DNA of 64,000 nt. It comes from Lama guanicoe. Lineage: Eukaryota. Below are positions 31,423-48,567 of the stretch, piece after piece; position 1 is the stretch's first letter, and each line of letters opens with the position of its first letter. The DNA lies in NCBI GenBank assembly GCA_013239625.1, contig MU053810.1, positions 877,320-941,319 of the forward strand. The letters run 5' to 3'. The notes under the pieces were generated by a model, which had not been told where the DNA came from, made no database searches, and saw only the letters and a list, made by a program, of their open reading frames with translations. The position numbers and the translations under genes were made by a program.

Positions 31423-32369
31423 GTTCGTTTGAATAGCCACTAACAAATCAAAGACCAATTACGGAATTATTGCCCCAATCCAATCTGATAAAAATGCACT
31501 ATTAAAAATAGTTTATAAACTAAAAACAAAGGCATGTTGCCTTGGCTTGGAAATCCCATTTTAAGATATCATTTAAAACATCCTGAGAAAAATTAGCTAG
31601 TCTTACATTGCAATATGTTTACAAATTACAAACTGTTGTCATCTTTATTATGGTCTATACAAGGCATAAGGTATAACTTTCCGATTATTATTTCCTGCTA
31701 TTTCATCGTTAGAAGCTTATGTCTGTAATACAGATATTTTATGTATTACACTATATAAATGGAATATTATTTTCATTGTACTTCCTATATACATTCATAT
31801 GTAAAAGTGCAACTGATTACTATTTATTCTCCCAGTCTGAGGTTTTTCTGTGCATTTTCTTTTTTTTATCATTAATTAAAAATTTGTATAAATGATTAAT
31901 GCTAATGATAATCATTATCATCATCATCATCATGTCTGACTTTGGGACTTCTCAGTGCCTTACACTTGCTCATCAGGACATCAGGTGCTAAGGATTTTCT
32001 TGTGTGGGTGGGTTCAATTAAGCCCCAAAGTCCAAATAAATTTAAATCAACAGAACTCCAGATTAAACACCATTTTCCAAACACTGAATTATTTTAAACT
32101 CCCAAATAACAGTTCATGTTTTTAAGAGATTTCATTCAGCTTCCACGGCAAGACATGAATTTTTTTTTTCCCTTTTCCATTAAAAAAAATCCTCATCAAT
32201 CTCTGGCTGGTGACAAATGAGCATCAATTGACAAGGAATTTGCTTCTGCTCTACTTTAATAATGTCTGCGATTTCTGTAGTAATTTAGAATAGGAAAGCA
32301 TTTTAATGTTATCTCATTTGATTCCATGAAGTAGGCAGCATTATTTTACCTACAAGAAATCATGGCTCA

Positions 32370-32451
32370 GAGAAAGAGAAAGAAAAATACCATATGACAT
32401 CACTCATACGTGGAATCTCAAACAAACAAACAAAAAAGACACAAATGAACT
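32370..32451 (+). mobile_element. short internal L1 3' fragment
   Basis: GAAAGAGAAAGAAAAATACCATATGACATCACTCATACGTGGAATCT...GACACAAATGAACTT, homologous to 23461-23530. Confidence 0.7.
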
Positions 32452-32699
32452 TTCAGGCCAGACACCAAGGTCCAGGGTGTTTTTCCGGCCCGGTGACCCA
32501 GGATAAGTGTGGTTCTTCAGGGTCAGTGACCTAGGCCAAGGATGTGCGTTCCGTACCAATGACACAGGCCCAGGCTGTGCCTTAAGGGCCAGTGACCCAG
32601 GACCAGGGTGTGTCTTCAGGGCCAGTGTCCAGGCCCAGGGTGTGTCTTTAAGGCCAGTGACCCAGGCCCAGGGTTGCCATTAGGGTGAGTAATCCAGGA
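32452..32699 (+). repeat. outlying mini-array of the same 33-bp repeat (~7 units)
   Basis: GGGCCAGTGACCCAGGACCAGGGTGTGTCTTCAGGG and similar units, same orientation as the left arm. Confidence 0.92.
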
Positions 32700-33249
32700 T
32701 CCAAAGATTCCCAGATCTGTGACTGCAGAAACAGCTTTCTGTGTGAAGCCTGATCCCATGGTCAGGTCCTTCCGTGTGAGCAGTGACTATAACCAGGGTG
32801 CAGCAGGTTTTAAGTTCCATAGACAGCTAATGGGCAGGAAATGTGGACTGGAAAACTCTCCGAGGACAAAGTAAATGCCTCATTCTACAAGAAAGTTCAA
32901 CAATTATCATTGATAGAAGGTGGTTGGAGTTATGCGAACGGCAGTGAAGGATTTCATGAATGAATCCCATTTACAACTCAGAATCATCGAAGTTTTTCCT
33001 GTAGTGGAACAACCGGTACAATGAACAAAAATAACTTGTGGAGTATAAAGAAAAGGTAATTTTATTTTTTTATCTAATGGTCCTTTGTATAAAGGCTAAT
33101 GACTAATACATAGACACATTTATTTGGTGGGTCTGATTTGTCTTGTGCCCTGGGGGGCCTTATCCGATAACTTTGAAGAAATAAAAATCCTACCATCACT
33201 TAGGTCACAAATTTCTAAAATTAAAAATGTCTTGTGCCTATTGGATTTA

Positions 33250-34200
33250 CTTTCTCTCCCGAAACAAACAGATAAAACATTAGACAAAATATATGAAACT
33301 GTTTTAAAGGCATTGGACATTGTGTGTGGAGGACAGTGATGGCTGAGAGGCAGAAATCAAGTGATGTGAGCCCTGTGGTGGTTACAGCAGCCTTGAGGGC
33401 ATTTCCAGGCTGTAGTGCAGGGTGAAGGAAGTCTGGTACAATCCAGCAGACTCCCTCAATTGAGAAATGGACCTGAGAGTTCAAGGTGACCAGATCATCT
33501 TGAGTCTGTGGGCCAGCATCCTGGAAAAGAGAGCTGTACAAAGAAAGAGTCCTTGAGATCTGCAAGAGGGTCTTCCAAGTTCGGCACATGCATGTGAGAA
33601 ACCAATGGGCCTGAGTCCAGGGATGGAACCTGTTGAAAGGATTAGCTGGAGCAGTAGGTGGTGATCAAGGTCAAAATAGTGGCTGTCTCCTCAGCTAGAC
33701 TGGAAAACTTCACAATTATGAAGCCCCGGGTCGAGTACTCAGAGGTTCTTGACTCAGTAGTGTGAAATAATTAGTCCTAAAGTAAACACTTTAAAATATT
33801 CAAAAAATTAAGTCGAGATATGAATGATATAAAAAAATATAAATCAAATTTCTAGCAATGAAAACTGTAACATCTAAGATTAAAAACTACACTGCATTGG
33901 ATTAATGGAAGATTTAATTTCACAGAAGAAAAATTTAGTGAATTTGAAGGCTTAGGAATAGACAGTCAAAAATGAAACACAAATTTAAAAAGTTATTGAG
34001 TTGAGGGTCAACTTCAAGTAACCTGATATACATGTAATTGTAATTTCTCAAGTCAGGTGAGTAGGAAAAACCTTGAAAAAATAATGGCTGAAACTTTTCC
34101 AAATATGATGAAAGCTGTAGACAGAGAGCTGGAAAATTCTGCAGATCCCAAGCAAAAGAATAAAAGAGCCCTGGAAATCATAATTGCATCAGTCAGTGCA
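33250..34200 (+). mobile_element. old L1M (L1MC/MD-type) 5' region and ORF1 relic
   Basis: GACAAAATATATGAAAC..GGACAT, AGACTGGAAAAC and ATAATGGCTGAAACTTTTCCAAAT resemble old L1M 5'/ORF1 consensus from recall. Confidence 0.6.
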
Positions 34201-34251
34201 TAAGATCTTTTCTTATTTATTTATTTTAACTTTTTAAATTTTTAAATTAAA

Positions 34252-34995
34252 TTTTTTTTATTGAATGAAAGATTCCTTAAATTCTGTAGTGCTTTATAAC
34301 ATTCAAAATTTTCACACACGATTTTGTATAATGCCACAGTAACCCTTTCTACCTCCCTACCCTATATTGCCCTCTCTCCTTCCCTGTCCTCACTGGTAAC
34401 CACTAGTGTGTTCTCTATATCTGAGTTTGCTTCTTTTTTATTTTATTCAAGTTTGTTGTAATTTTTAGATTCTATATATAAGTGATATCATACAGGATTT
34501 GTCTTTCTCTGTCTGAGCTATTTCATGTAGCGTAATGCCCCTCAAGTCCATGTTGCTGCAAATAAGACAATTTCATTCTTTTTCATGGCTCAGTAGTATT
34601 CCATTTGTGTGTGTGTACGTGTGTGTGTACCACATCTTCTTTATCCAGTCACCTATTGATGGACGCTTAGGTTGCTTCCATACTATGGCATTATAGATAA
34701 TGTTGTTATGAACATTGGGGTGAATGTATCTTTTTGAATTACTGGGGTTTTTGTTTGTTTGGTTTGGGGTTTTTTTAGATATATACCCAGGAGTAGAATT
34801 ACTTGGTCTCATGGTAGTTCCATTTTTAGTTTTTTGTAAAACCTCTATACTGTTTTCCATAGTGGCTGCATCAATTTACATTCCCACCAACAGTGTACAG
34901 GGGTTCCCTTTTCTCCACATCCTCACCAATGTTTGTCATTTGTGTTCTTTTTGATGATGATCATTCTGACAGGTGTGAGCTGATATCTCATTGTG
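34252..34995 (-). mobile_element. L1 3' end
   Basis: Minus ORF with WKQPKRPSIGDWIKKMWY; T-rich tail on the left. Confidence 0.85.
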
Positions 34996-36138
34996 CTCAC
35001 AGCCACCAAAACAGTCTTGGAAACTAGGAGCAAGTAGCAGAAGTGGCCTGACTTGAGATCCCCAACTTTTTTCAATCTGTTCTCTGATAATGAGTAGCAA
35101 AATCATGAAAAAGGAGGGAAAATACAATTACCACTTCTGAAATACTATTTTTCCTCTCAGTTTTATGTTTAAAAATTTAGAATATATTTTTTAAAAGAAT
35201 TTTTGGAACAGTTGATACTCTGTCTTCAACAGTGCTAGTAACACCTGATATCTGAAGACAAATCACTTTAATTATTTTCTCATTCCTAGAATCTCTGCAG
35301 TTTGCCCCTCCAGCCCCTTTTTTGGTGCTTCAGAAAAAAAAAATCTCACAAAGTATTGTTTGCATTTTAAGATTTTCCTTTCTGTTCAGGCAAGGGCCTC
35401 GTGATAACTGGGAAATATTCTGCGTTCTTAAAATTGGACATTTTGGCCCAGCTACTTGAAATATGAGGCTCATCGGCATTTATAGCAGTTTTGCAATTCA
35501 CCTCCAGGCTGCGATTTGAAATGTTGAGTTTAAATGGAAATGTGTTATGATTGGACTTGCGTTACCTTGGAAAAGTGCCTTTTTCTCATGTAGTCTCAAA
35601 GTAGGAAAGACCAGTCTGTGTGCTCCCTGTGCTGTTTCTGTGATTAAACTTCGAGGAAATCAGCAATAAGACAGGGTTCTCACATCTTTGGATTTCACAC
35701 CTGTTCTTGGTCTGTAAGTTACATTGAACTAAAAATTTCGAAAGCACTACAAAACCTGTATTTGAAGAGTTTATCTGTATGGGTAGGACTTAGCCTGGCA
35801 TTTTTATCATCAATTTAAAAGGATGGTTCTACATAAAAGGATATGCTTATAAGGTAACTGAATAGTTCCTTTTCTTTAGAAGCATTTTGTAGACATTTAA
35901 AACTATTTTGGCTGCAAATCACAGGCTTAAAATGTTATATAATCACAAGTATGAAATTATTACTGTTGGTTTGAGTGTGTGCTTTGCTGAGTAATTTAGA
36001 CAGTAAGACATTTTGAATCTCAGTCTAATACTTATTTAGAGAATCTTGAAGAGGGTATGAAATAACACAACTGAATTGTGTAACTGTGTTCTTACTAGAG
36101 CAAAATGTTCTTTAGAGGTTATGGGGAAGCATTGTGGT

Positions 36139-38188
36139 GGGTTTTTTTTTAGTACTTTTTTATTGAGTTATAATCATTTTACGATGTTGTGTCAAATTCC
36201 AGTGTAGAGCACAATTTTTCAGTTATATGTGAACATGCGTATATTCACTGTCACATTTTTCTCTGTGAGCTACCACAAGATCTTGTATATATTTCCCTGT
36301 GCTATACAGTATAATCTTGTTTATCTATTCACATTTTGAAATCCCAATCTCTCTCTTCCTACTCCCCGCCCCCTTGGCAACCACAAGTTTGTACTCTACG
36401 TCTGTGAGTCTGTTTCTGTTTTGTATTTATGGTTTTTGTTTTTGTTTTTTTTAGATCCCACATATGAGCCATCTCATATGGTATTTTTCTTTCTCATTCT
36501 GACTTGCTTCACTTACAATGACATTCTCCAGGAACATCCATGCTGCTGCAAATGGTGTTATGTTGTCAGTTTTGATGGCTGAATAGTATTCCATTGTATA
36601 AATATGCCACATCGTCTTTATCCAGTCATCTGTCGATGGACATTTAGTCTGTTTCCATGTCTTGGCTATTGTAAATAGTGCTGCTAGGAACATTGGGGTG
36701 CAGGTGTCATTTTGAAGTAGGGTTCCTTCTGGATATATGCCCAGGAGCAGGATTCCTGGGTCATATGGTAAGTCTGTTCCTAGTCTTTTGAGGAATCTCC
36801 ATACTGTTTTCCACAGTGGCTGCACCAAACTGCATTCCCACCAGCAGTGTAGGAGGGTTCCCCTTTCTCCACAGCCTCTCCAGCATTTGTCATATGTGAA
36901 TTTCTGAGTGATGGCCATTCTGACTGGTGTGAGGTGATACCTCATTGTAGTTTTGATGTGCATTTCTCTGATAACTAGTGATATTGAGCATTTTTTTCAT
37001 GTGCCTATTGATCATTTGTATTTCTTCATTAGAGAATTGCTTTTTAGGTCTTTTGTCCTTTTTTGGTTTGGGTTGTTTGTTTTTTTCTTATTAAGTCGTA
37101 TGAGCTGCTTATATATCCTGGAGATCAAGCCTTTGCTGGTTTCATTTGCAAAATTTTCTCCCATTCTGTAGGTTGTCTTTTTGTTTTACTTATGGTTTCC
37201 TTTGCTGTGCAGAAGCTTGTAAGTTTCATTAAGTCCCATTTTTTTATTCTTGCTTTTATTTCTATTGTTTGTGTAGACTGTCCTAGGAGAACATTTTTGA
37301 GAGGTAAAAGTATCACTGTATGCTGATGACATGTTACTATATATAGAAAACTCTAAAAGCTCCACACAAAAACTACTAGAGGTGATCAAAGAATTCAGCA
37401 AGGTAGCAGGTTACAAGATTAATGTTCAAAAATCAATTGCATGTCTTTACTCTAACGATGAATCAACAGAAAAAGAAAGTAAAGAAGCAATCCCTTTAAA
37501 ATAGCACCCAAAGTAATAAAATACCTAGGAATAAATCTAACCAAGGAGGTGAAAGAATTATACACATAAAACTATAAACCATTGATGAAGGAAATTAAAA
37601 AAGACTTTAAAAAATGGAAAGGTATCCCATGCTCCTGGATTGGAAGAATCAATATTGTTAAAATGGTCACACTGCCCAAGGCAATCAACAGATTTAATGC
37701 AATCCCTGTCAAATTACCCAGGACATATTTCACAGAACTAGAACAAATCATAATAAAATTTATATGGAACCACAAAAGACTAGAATTGCCAAAGCATTAC
37801 TGAAGAAAAAGAAAGAGGCTGGAGGAATAACTCTCCCAGACTTCAGACAATACTATAGAGCTACAGTAGTCAAGACAGCATGTTATTGATACAACAACAG
37901 ACATATAGACCAATGGAACAGAATAGAGAGCCCAGAAATGAACCCACAAACCTTTGGTCAACTCATCTTCGACAAAGGAGGCAAGAATATACAATGGAAT
38001 AAAGACAGTCTCTTCAGCAAATGGTGTTGGGAAAACTGGACAGCAGCATGTAAAACAGTGAAGCTAGAACACTTCCTTACACCAAACACAAAAATAAACT
38101 CAAAATGGATCAAAGACTTAAACATAAGTCAAGATACAGTAAACCTCCTACAAGAAAATATAGGCAAAACATTATCTGACATACATCT
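36139..38188 (-). mobile_element. 5'-inverted (twin-primed) L1 insertion
   Basis: 36139-37302 is an L1 3' end on the minus strand; 37301-38190 is the preceding ORF2 segment on the plus strand; TSD CATTGTGGT at 36130-36138 and 38189-38197. Confidence 0.9.
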
Positions 38189-39365
38189 CATTGTGGTTTT
38201 TAAAAATTGTTGTGAAATAATGCTGTTTGTTATATATAACACATATTTACTTCCCAAATGGTCTTTTAAAAATAAAAGTGTTAATTGTAGCGCCCAGAAA
38301 TCCTAACAGTTACAAGCAGTTGGAATGTCTTCACAATGTGTCAGAACATTTTAGCCAACTTTGTCATAGACTTTCTACTACATGATTCATTCATTGTCTG
38401 ACTTGGATATTTTTGGTTAAAGAAGAAACATAATGTAAACTTCATTGTTTCTGTCACCTTATAAGAAGCACTGAGTCGCATCTCCTGTGTCATAGCTATT
38501 TACTAGGAATGCAAATTCTTGCTTTTATTTTTTTAACCTTAGGTGCAGGATCATTCTTTTACAATGCCACGTGTAAGGTGTTTCTGAAAAATAAAATATA
38601 TTGGGACTCATTTTGCTTATCCACATTTACCTTTTAAGCCATTACTACAGAAGTAAAATTTTTTTCAATGTCTGCTTTAGGTATTACTCGCAGACTTTTT
38701 GTATGTGCAGAATTTTACTAATGTGCCTATTATAGCTATGTTTTCTCTGTGATGTTCTTTTTAATTTTATTTTTTTTGTATAAGACTCTAGTGGACATTG
38801 ATATTATCCTCAGTAGGTCTACTTATTTTTTATTATTATTGTTCTTTTTAAGAAAAATACTGTTATAGGTAATTTAGAAATAACTCTGGTCCTGCCCGTA
38901 GAAATAAATATAAAAACTGTGACGTGTGTTGCAATAACCTGGTGTGAATACTGCTGGACACTTCCATACATGGTGACATGTGCTGGGGAGCCGTGGCAAA
39001 AACAAATGAATGAGAGTAATTTGGAGGTGCCTTTTTCCCCTGTCGTGGTTAGCAGTGACTGTAATACAGTTCTTTCCCTTCATCAAAACTTTTGGCCTGT
39101 CTGTTCCTCAGTTGTAAGCATTTCATTGATGATCTCAGCCTGTTCCATTCATTTTCTTTGACCACCCCGGAGACCTCTAATCCGTTGACCTTGCCATGAT
39201 TTCTGTCAGTCCTTGCTCGCTTTAATATTAACTTCTCTACTACTCAACATAGATTTTATGATCCAACAGTGTAACTACTTTTGACATGTAGAACTAGATC
39301 TTGTGGGGAATGCAGGAGGCAAGCTGGGTTGAGGGGAAGATGATGAATCCAATTTTTTTTACAGT

Positions 39366-39477
39366 GGAGGGGACTACAGCTCAAGTGGTAGAGGGTTCTG
39401 GGTTCAATCCCCAGTACCTCCTCTAAAAATTAAATAAACCTAACTACCCACCCCAACACACAAAAATAAAATAAAAA
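39366..39477 (+). mobile_element. tRNA-derived SINE (Vic-1-like), internally deleted
   Basis: AGCTCAAGTGGTAGAG..GGGTTCAATCCCCAGTACCTCC..AATAAACCTAA followed by an A-rich tail. Confidence 0.75.
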
Positions 39478-40959
39478 GATTAAGCTGTCTTACTTTAATT
39501 TTTTACATATTACAAAATAACTTTGTGGCATCTTAAAAGGCAATGTCAAGTGGTGCTTATTATGTGGTTCTGAAATTCACAGGAGAGTTCTGGGTGAAAA
39601 GTGTCCATTTTGGGAATATGGGTGATCTTAGGAAGAGAGCATATAATGATGAAAGAAAGGGGTAGAACTGAGCCAGGCCATAACCTCTAACGGCAATGAA
39701 GGGGTGATGACCCTGTAAAGATGAGGCCAGACAGGGAGAAGGAGCCAGAATAGCATGATGTCAGGGAAAAGAGGGCTTTAGAAAGGAAAGAGGGGTCATC
39801 CATGTAGAATGAGGTGGCGATGTGTGAACTATGGCAATGAAACCCTAAGGCTAAAATGTTGCATGACTGACATTAGAGAGGCAGTGAGGTCACTGGTGAC
39901 CCGAGGTGGAGAGTAGTTCTGAAGACTTGTGGGAGCCAAATTAAAATAAGGGTAAGAGTTGGAGATGATGAATGGAGACACACATAGAATGTTTTCTCAA
40001 GAAATGAGGCTTGGAGGGAAGCATGAGGGAAGGTGGGACAGACAGTATGTGGAAAGGGGAGGGGGCTAAGGTGAGATTTTAGTTGGTTTCCTGTTTTTAG
40101 TCTGGGAGAGACTAAGTGATGAGCATAGCTCAGTTGCTGGCATGAACTTACCAGAATTCCGGTTTTATTATATGTTTTCTAGCCAAAAGAAATGCTTATT
40201 GGGATCCTGTTGATCTTGATTTTTGCCTTTTCCAACTACTATTGGAGTCTCCCAAGCAGCTCCAGAGTAAGTCAATAAACCGGTGCGCAGGTTTATTTAT
40301 TAACTTCTATGTGTTTGGCTAGCTTGAATCATGGTTTGAGAAACTATTTGAGTGCATTGATATAACAGAGGTTCTAGACTTTCAAAAATCTAAGCTATAG
40401 ACTGTGGAACATGGTGCTTGTATTTAGATGTTGCTGGTGTGGCAGTTGGGCTGATGTGCTAGTAAGAGGAATAAGGTTCACAGCTACTGTCAGTCCAGCC
40501 CTTACCATGTCCCACCTCACACTTCACCTGTCTCTAATCCTTTCCAGCAAGAAGGCCTTCATTATCTTCATTTTACAGGTGAAAGAGACGAGGCTCAGAT
40601 AATAGTTTTTGTTTAGATGTTACTATAGAAATATTCAAGCATATGTAAGAATAATGAAATTAGTGTCAAGAAACCCGTGAAACCCAGATTCAAGAATTAC
40701 AGATACTTGCCAATCTTGTTTCATCTCTGTTTTCTCTCCTGCCTCCCCAGCAGGTTTTTCCTTCCTCCAGCTCAGAGAATTTAAATGTCTTGCCCAAGGC
40801 TACATGATTAGCATGCTTTTAAGTCTCTCCTACTGGTTAAACACTAGGTGAACCATTGGGAGTACAGATACAAAGAAGATTTGGTCTCTTTCAACATAAT
40901 CACTGCCATTACCACCACCAAGTACTTGATAGACTTTTAATGATGAACTAAATCGGTTC

Positions 40960-41100
40960 TTACAGGACAACAATCCCATGAGGTTAGGAAGTATTATGCC
41001 CATGTCGCAGATGTGGAAACTGAGTTACAGAGAGGACGAGCAACTTGCCCAGGAGTGGTGTAACTGGATTCTAACCCTGATGGTCTGGCTTCAGAACCAG
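40960..41100 (-). mobile_element. MIR SINE
   Basis: CCCATGTCGCAGATGTGGAAACTGAG..AACTTGCCCAGG core. Confidence 0.55.
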
Positions 41101-42882
41101 TACAGTCTGACGAAGAGAGCAGCCTGTAAATAGTTTGACTTGTGATGAGCTAAAAGGACAAGGAAAGTACAACCTTCTGGTCTCCCTGGCCAGCTGGCCC
41201 CTCTCTCCCTCTGAGCTCCATCACCACGAGAGCGGACATCTGTGACAGCACCAACACCTCTGGGAGGCAGTGCCTATCTGGGTCTGTCTCTCCTGGTCTG
41301 TGCAGCTCTGTCAGAGTCAAAGAGAAAATTCTGAAGTTAGCGGTAGACTTCAACCTGCTTGAGTTTAAGAGGCTGCTAACCTGATGATGTGTCTGATTGA
41401 GCATGTTGGTAGAAACTGGCAGCATCAGCCTCTGAAAAGCCTTTCAGGGGAATAAAGGTGGAGGCTTTTTAATTGCCAGAGAGACCTTGGTTAGCCAAGC
41501 CGAACACAGAGGAGCTGGGCTCTGCCTGAAGCATGTCCCCCCAATCATCGTGTTGCTTTAAGTTACATAATATCTCAGTCATTAATAAGCATTGTTCTTT
41601 CATCTGGAGTAGAGAGGAGAAAAAAAATTGCATCAGGAAGAAGATGTTCCTTTTTATTTTTCTGGTTCCCCATGGTTATTCAGGATATCGTGTGACTTAC
41701 ACTCAGATTAATTGCTTGGTGATTAGTTGTGATTTCTGTGCCTGCTCTAGGGACTAAAATGGTAGCTGCTGCCCCGTAGTTCATAGGCAAATGGGTAGGG
41801 ATGCAAACTTACATGTAGCTGCGGGGTTGGCAGGAGGAGAGAAAGGAGAAGAGGGAGGGAAAATTAAGTGAGTATGTGGTAGGCTCAAATTTGTCTTCTT
41901 TGTTAAGAAGCACAATACTCTGAGTCAGACATTGGGTATATGGAAATGATCACTTGTAAGTGAAATTCATCTTGGGGGGGTCGTTGATGTCAGCATTCGT
42001 GTCTTTTGATTTGAGTTTCTGAATTGTGTAATTGCATCATTTTTATTTTGCCTTGGAACTTCCTCCTTTGAAATAGAAGCAAACCCTTCTTCATGCCTGA
42101 AAACCGAAGGGCAGTCTCCTGGGTTGATGTTGAGAGTGTGCCAGTGGGAAGTTAGGTGGCTTTTGAGTGATGAACTGTTTGGGAGAATCGTTGTGCTTTA
42201 AATTGCTCCCAAGCTGATTTTGTAAAACACAGTGGAAAGACCTGTCCTCTAGACGCTTGGCAAACTGCTGGATAACTCGTGTTCAGCAAGTGAAGCCTTT
42301 CAGCTATTCATCGAAACAAAGGCTCATATCCCCACTCACCTTGCAGATTCTCAGTGAGCTTTTGATGGAAATAAACTGTGACTCTCACCCAGCTCACTTT
42401 CCTATTAAAAAAATAATAAAAAAAGAAAAGAAAAAGGGAAGGAAAGAAGCCTCTGTCACAATGATTCATTAGAGGCAACTACCCATGTCCCAGTTCATCT
42501 GAAGTTCATTAAGTTCCAATTCCCTCGAATGCCAAGTTCCAATAACACTGTAATCCAAGAAGTCAAGGAAATAATTTATCCCAATGGTTTATATACTTGT
42601 AAGTGCCCTGCTGGGTTTGTGATGTACACAGATGCGTGACGCTCATTACTATATTTGACAAGTTTATACATGACCTTTGGGCAATAGGAATTTTACACAG
42701 TAGGAGACATTCCCATTGGACGTGTGTTGGCTTAGCCACACATTTGAATTCTGTGTTAGTTTGCATCATTTCAGGGTTTGAAATCATTTCTTTGAAGAAT
42801 GTTCTACTCTTTTCAAACCTTTCAGAATTGAATTTGAAGAAGATAATTCTACTCCCTAAGTTATATTCCTCTTAAAATTATT

Positions 42883-45619
<2,737 letters not shown>

Positions 45620-46377
45620 CCTCTTACAATTATTTTTGATGGGGGGTATCATATATTCTTACCGGGCTGGTGAAGATTGGAAGGAACTGTCAAATATGAA
45701 CACATTTGTTTTATGTTATGCATCATTATTAAGAGCATGAGAGTTGAAAGTAAATTTGGCTCTGAGAAAAATATATTATTGGTGAGGGTTAATGAACACA
45801 CCAGGCATTTTAATACAAAATTGTCATGAAAACATATACCATATGCTTGAATTAAATACTGAATTTGAAAGAAAGCTTCTTGCTGAATTTGCACTCATTT
45901 TAGATGTTGAAATTGTTTTTGTGATGTCTGTAGAATCAGTTTTTTTAGAGGATGAATTTTTCCACATTTTACACTAACTAAATGGGATTATGAATGAGCG
46001 AATTATTACAAATATTGTTGTTTTCTGAGGGAGAAAAAAGTGATATTAAATACGATAGGAAGAATATGCAAATTGCCATTTTGACCTATTGCTACAATGA
46101 AAAGAATAAAATGTGTGATATTGATAAAACAAAGTCAATTAAACAAATGTGTATTAAAGAACAATTGTTTCAAAGTAAAATAAGGTTTTCTGTCCTTTGT
46201 CATCTCTCTTCTGAGGACTATAGGCTACGTTCCTTTCTTCCTTTATTTTTATTTTCATTTTTTAAGCATAGCACAGCACATCTTACTCAGCCCATGTAGG
46301 ACATGTGTCCAGACCTCCTGGTTAATCTTACAAAGATGTCCACTAGGAAGTGTATGGAACTCATCTTCACCTACTTA

Positions 46378-46930
46378 ACAACAAATATTTGTTCAATGAG
46401 TATTATGTTCCAGGCACTGTTCTAGGCATTGGGAATATAATAGTGAACAAAATAGGCAAAGGCCCTGACCTCAAGGGGCCTACAATCTAGTGGGAGGGAT
46501 CAGATAATAAACCAACAGTCACATATCAGTAAACCAATAACCCAGTATATCACTTAGGTAGATATAGGTAAACATATACTTGGAAATAAAGCAGGGTAAG
46601 GACGTGCAGGGAAGAGAGATTTACCATTTTTGAGTGATTAAGGGAGGCGATTCTGATAAATGATCTTTTGACCAGAGATCTGTGGAATATGAGGGCATAA
46701 ACTACATAGTTATCCGTTTGGAGGAAGTGTCCTGAGCAGAGGAACATGCCATGAGGTTTGGCAGGTTAGAGGATCTTGGAAAAAGCCAGTGTAAAGGAAG
46801 AAGAGAAGGAGGGGAGGTCAAAGAGGAGCAGGTGGCACGGTTATGGGGGCAGCCCTGGGGTTCTCTTAGATTTTTATACTAAGATGGGAGGTCATTGAAG
46901 GGTTTTTGGGCAGAGTGACATAATCTATTG
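46378..46930 (-). mobile_element. L2 LINE 3' fragment
   Basis: AACAAATATTTG..ATGTTCCAGGCACTGTTCTAGGCATTGGG..GTGAACAAAA typical of an L2 3' end. Confidence 0.7.
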
Positions 46931-48349
46931 ATCATTGGGCTGTTTCTTGATTCATGGGTAAATTTTTAAAAATCCTCAAAATTGTTTCTGTACTTAATGC
47001 AATTTAACCCTCATAAAAACAGATCAGATTAGAGAGGCTTAGTACCTTGCCCAACATCATAGTGCTAATAGAGAAATAGAGTGGGGATTCCAACCAAGAT
47101 CTCTCCGACTGCCAATCCTGAATTCTGAACTACTCTATTATTACTTATCCAGAGTATTTGGTATAATCAGTAATGGTTGCTTTACATCTAGTGGTCAGAA
47201 TTTATGGGAGAAGCTTCATCAGTGGATACCTAAAGCGTATTCTGAATTATTATTTTTTTTTTGGAAACAGACAAGACACAGTTGTGTTAAGGACAGAGAA
47301 ATCAAAACCAAGCACATCCTTAGAAAAGACACATCTGTCATTGCTATCATAGAAACTGTTTTTAGAGGGAAATTCTATGTAAAAAAAAATTGTCATCCAT
47401 CCAGGCCTGGACATTATCTATTGGCTTCTGAGACTGTTTGGTTAGAGTAGCCCGCAAACATGAACAATGATTTAGGTTTATATATTCATCTGATTCATAT
47501 GGACCAAAACACTGGGACAGGAGTGGGAAATTTTATTTTATTTTGCTGATCAGAAGGGCAGAAAGTTTTCTGTCTCATTGGCTCTCGGTGTGGAAAAAAG
47601 TCCTGAGCAGGGCTTCCGGTATTTCAGTTGAGTATACAAACCAGATTTACAGTCTGCTTACATTTTCTCCTTTGTGTGCCTGGCTTTCCCAGATTTGTTT
47701 AACTTCTTCCACGTGGCATTTTATTCTTTGATTTTTGTTGTTACGTATTTACTGGGTGTTAATGAGCTAGAAGCACTGCAGGAAATAGCAGTTACACAGG
47801 GTCCCTTCTCAGTAAATTTATTATAGAAACTGGAAGCATCATATGATATTTTCGGGGATGGTAGGTGGATAATTCTATTTTAAGTTTATTTTTAATGATG
47901 GGTCAGTGGAATCTCAAACACGTGCAGTCAGAGCTTATCTGACATTTATTTCGCTGCCCTTTAACATTTAACTTGGTTGGCCTGTTTACAAAATTTTTAA
48001 AAATATTTTTTCCTTTTTATTCCTTAGATTGGAATATTTCATTTTATCTCTCTTCAAGTTTGTTGTGCCACAAAGCTGCTGTTAAGACTATCCAGCAAAT
48101 TTTTTTTTGTACTTTTCAGTTCTATAATTTCCATTTGGTTCAGTATTATAGTTTCCAAACTTCTGATAACATTTTCATCTGTTCATTTGAAAATATTTTC
48201 CTTTACATTTTTGAACATGTTTATCATAGCTACTCTGAATTCTGTGCTATTCCAGTATCACGATCATCTTAGAGGCGGTTTCTGTTGGCTGGGCTTTCTC
48301 TTGACTGTGGGACAAGTTTTGGTTTTGTTCTGCCTTTTTTTTCCTTTAA

Positions 48350-48567
48350 CCTTTTTTTTTTTTAATTGAAGTATAGCCAGTTTATAATGTTGGGTCAATT
48401 TCTGGTGTACAGCATAAGGTTTCAGTCATATATATGCATACCTATATTCCTTTTCATATTCTTTTTCATTGTAGGTTACTACTGAATATAGTATATTAAA
48501 TATATATATATACTATATATATAGTATTCAACATATATATACTATTGAATATAGTTCCCTGTGCCAT
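48350..48567 (-). mobile_element. L1 3'UTR tail inserted in an older L1M relic
   Basis: Poly-T then AATTGAAGTATAG..TTTCTGGTGTACAGCATA..AGTTCCCTGTGC. Confidence 0.75.
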
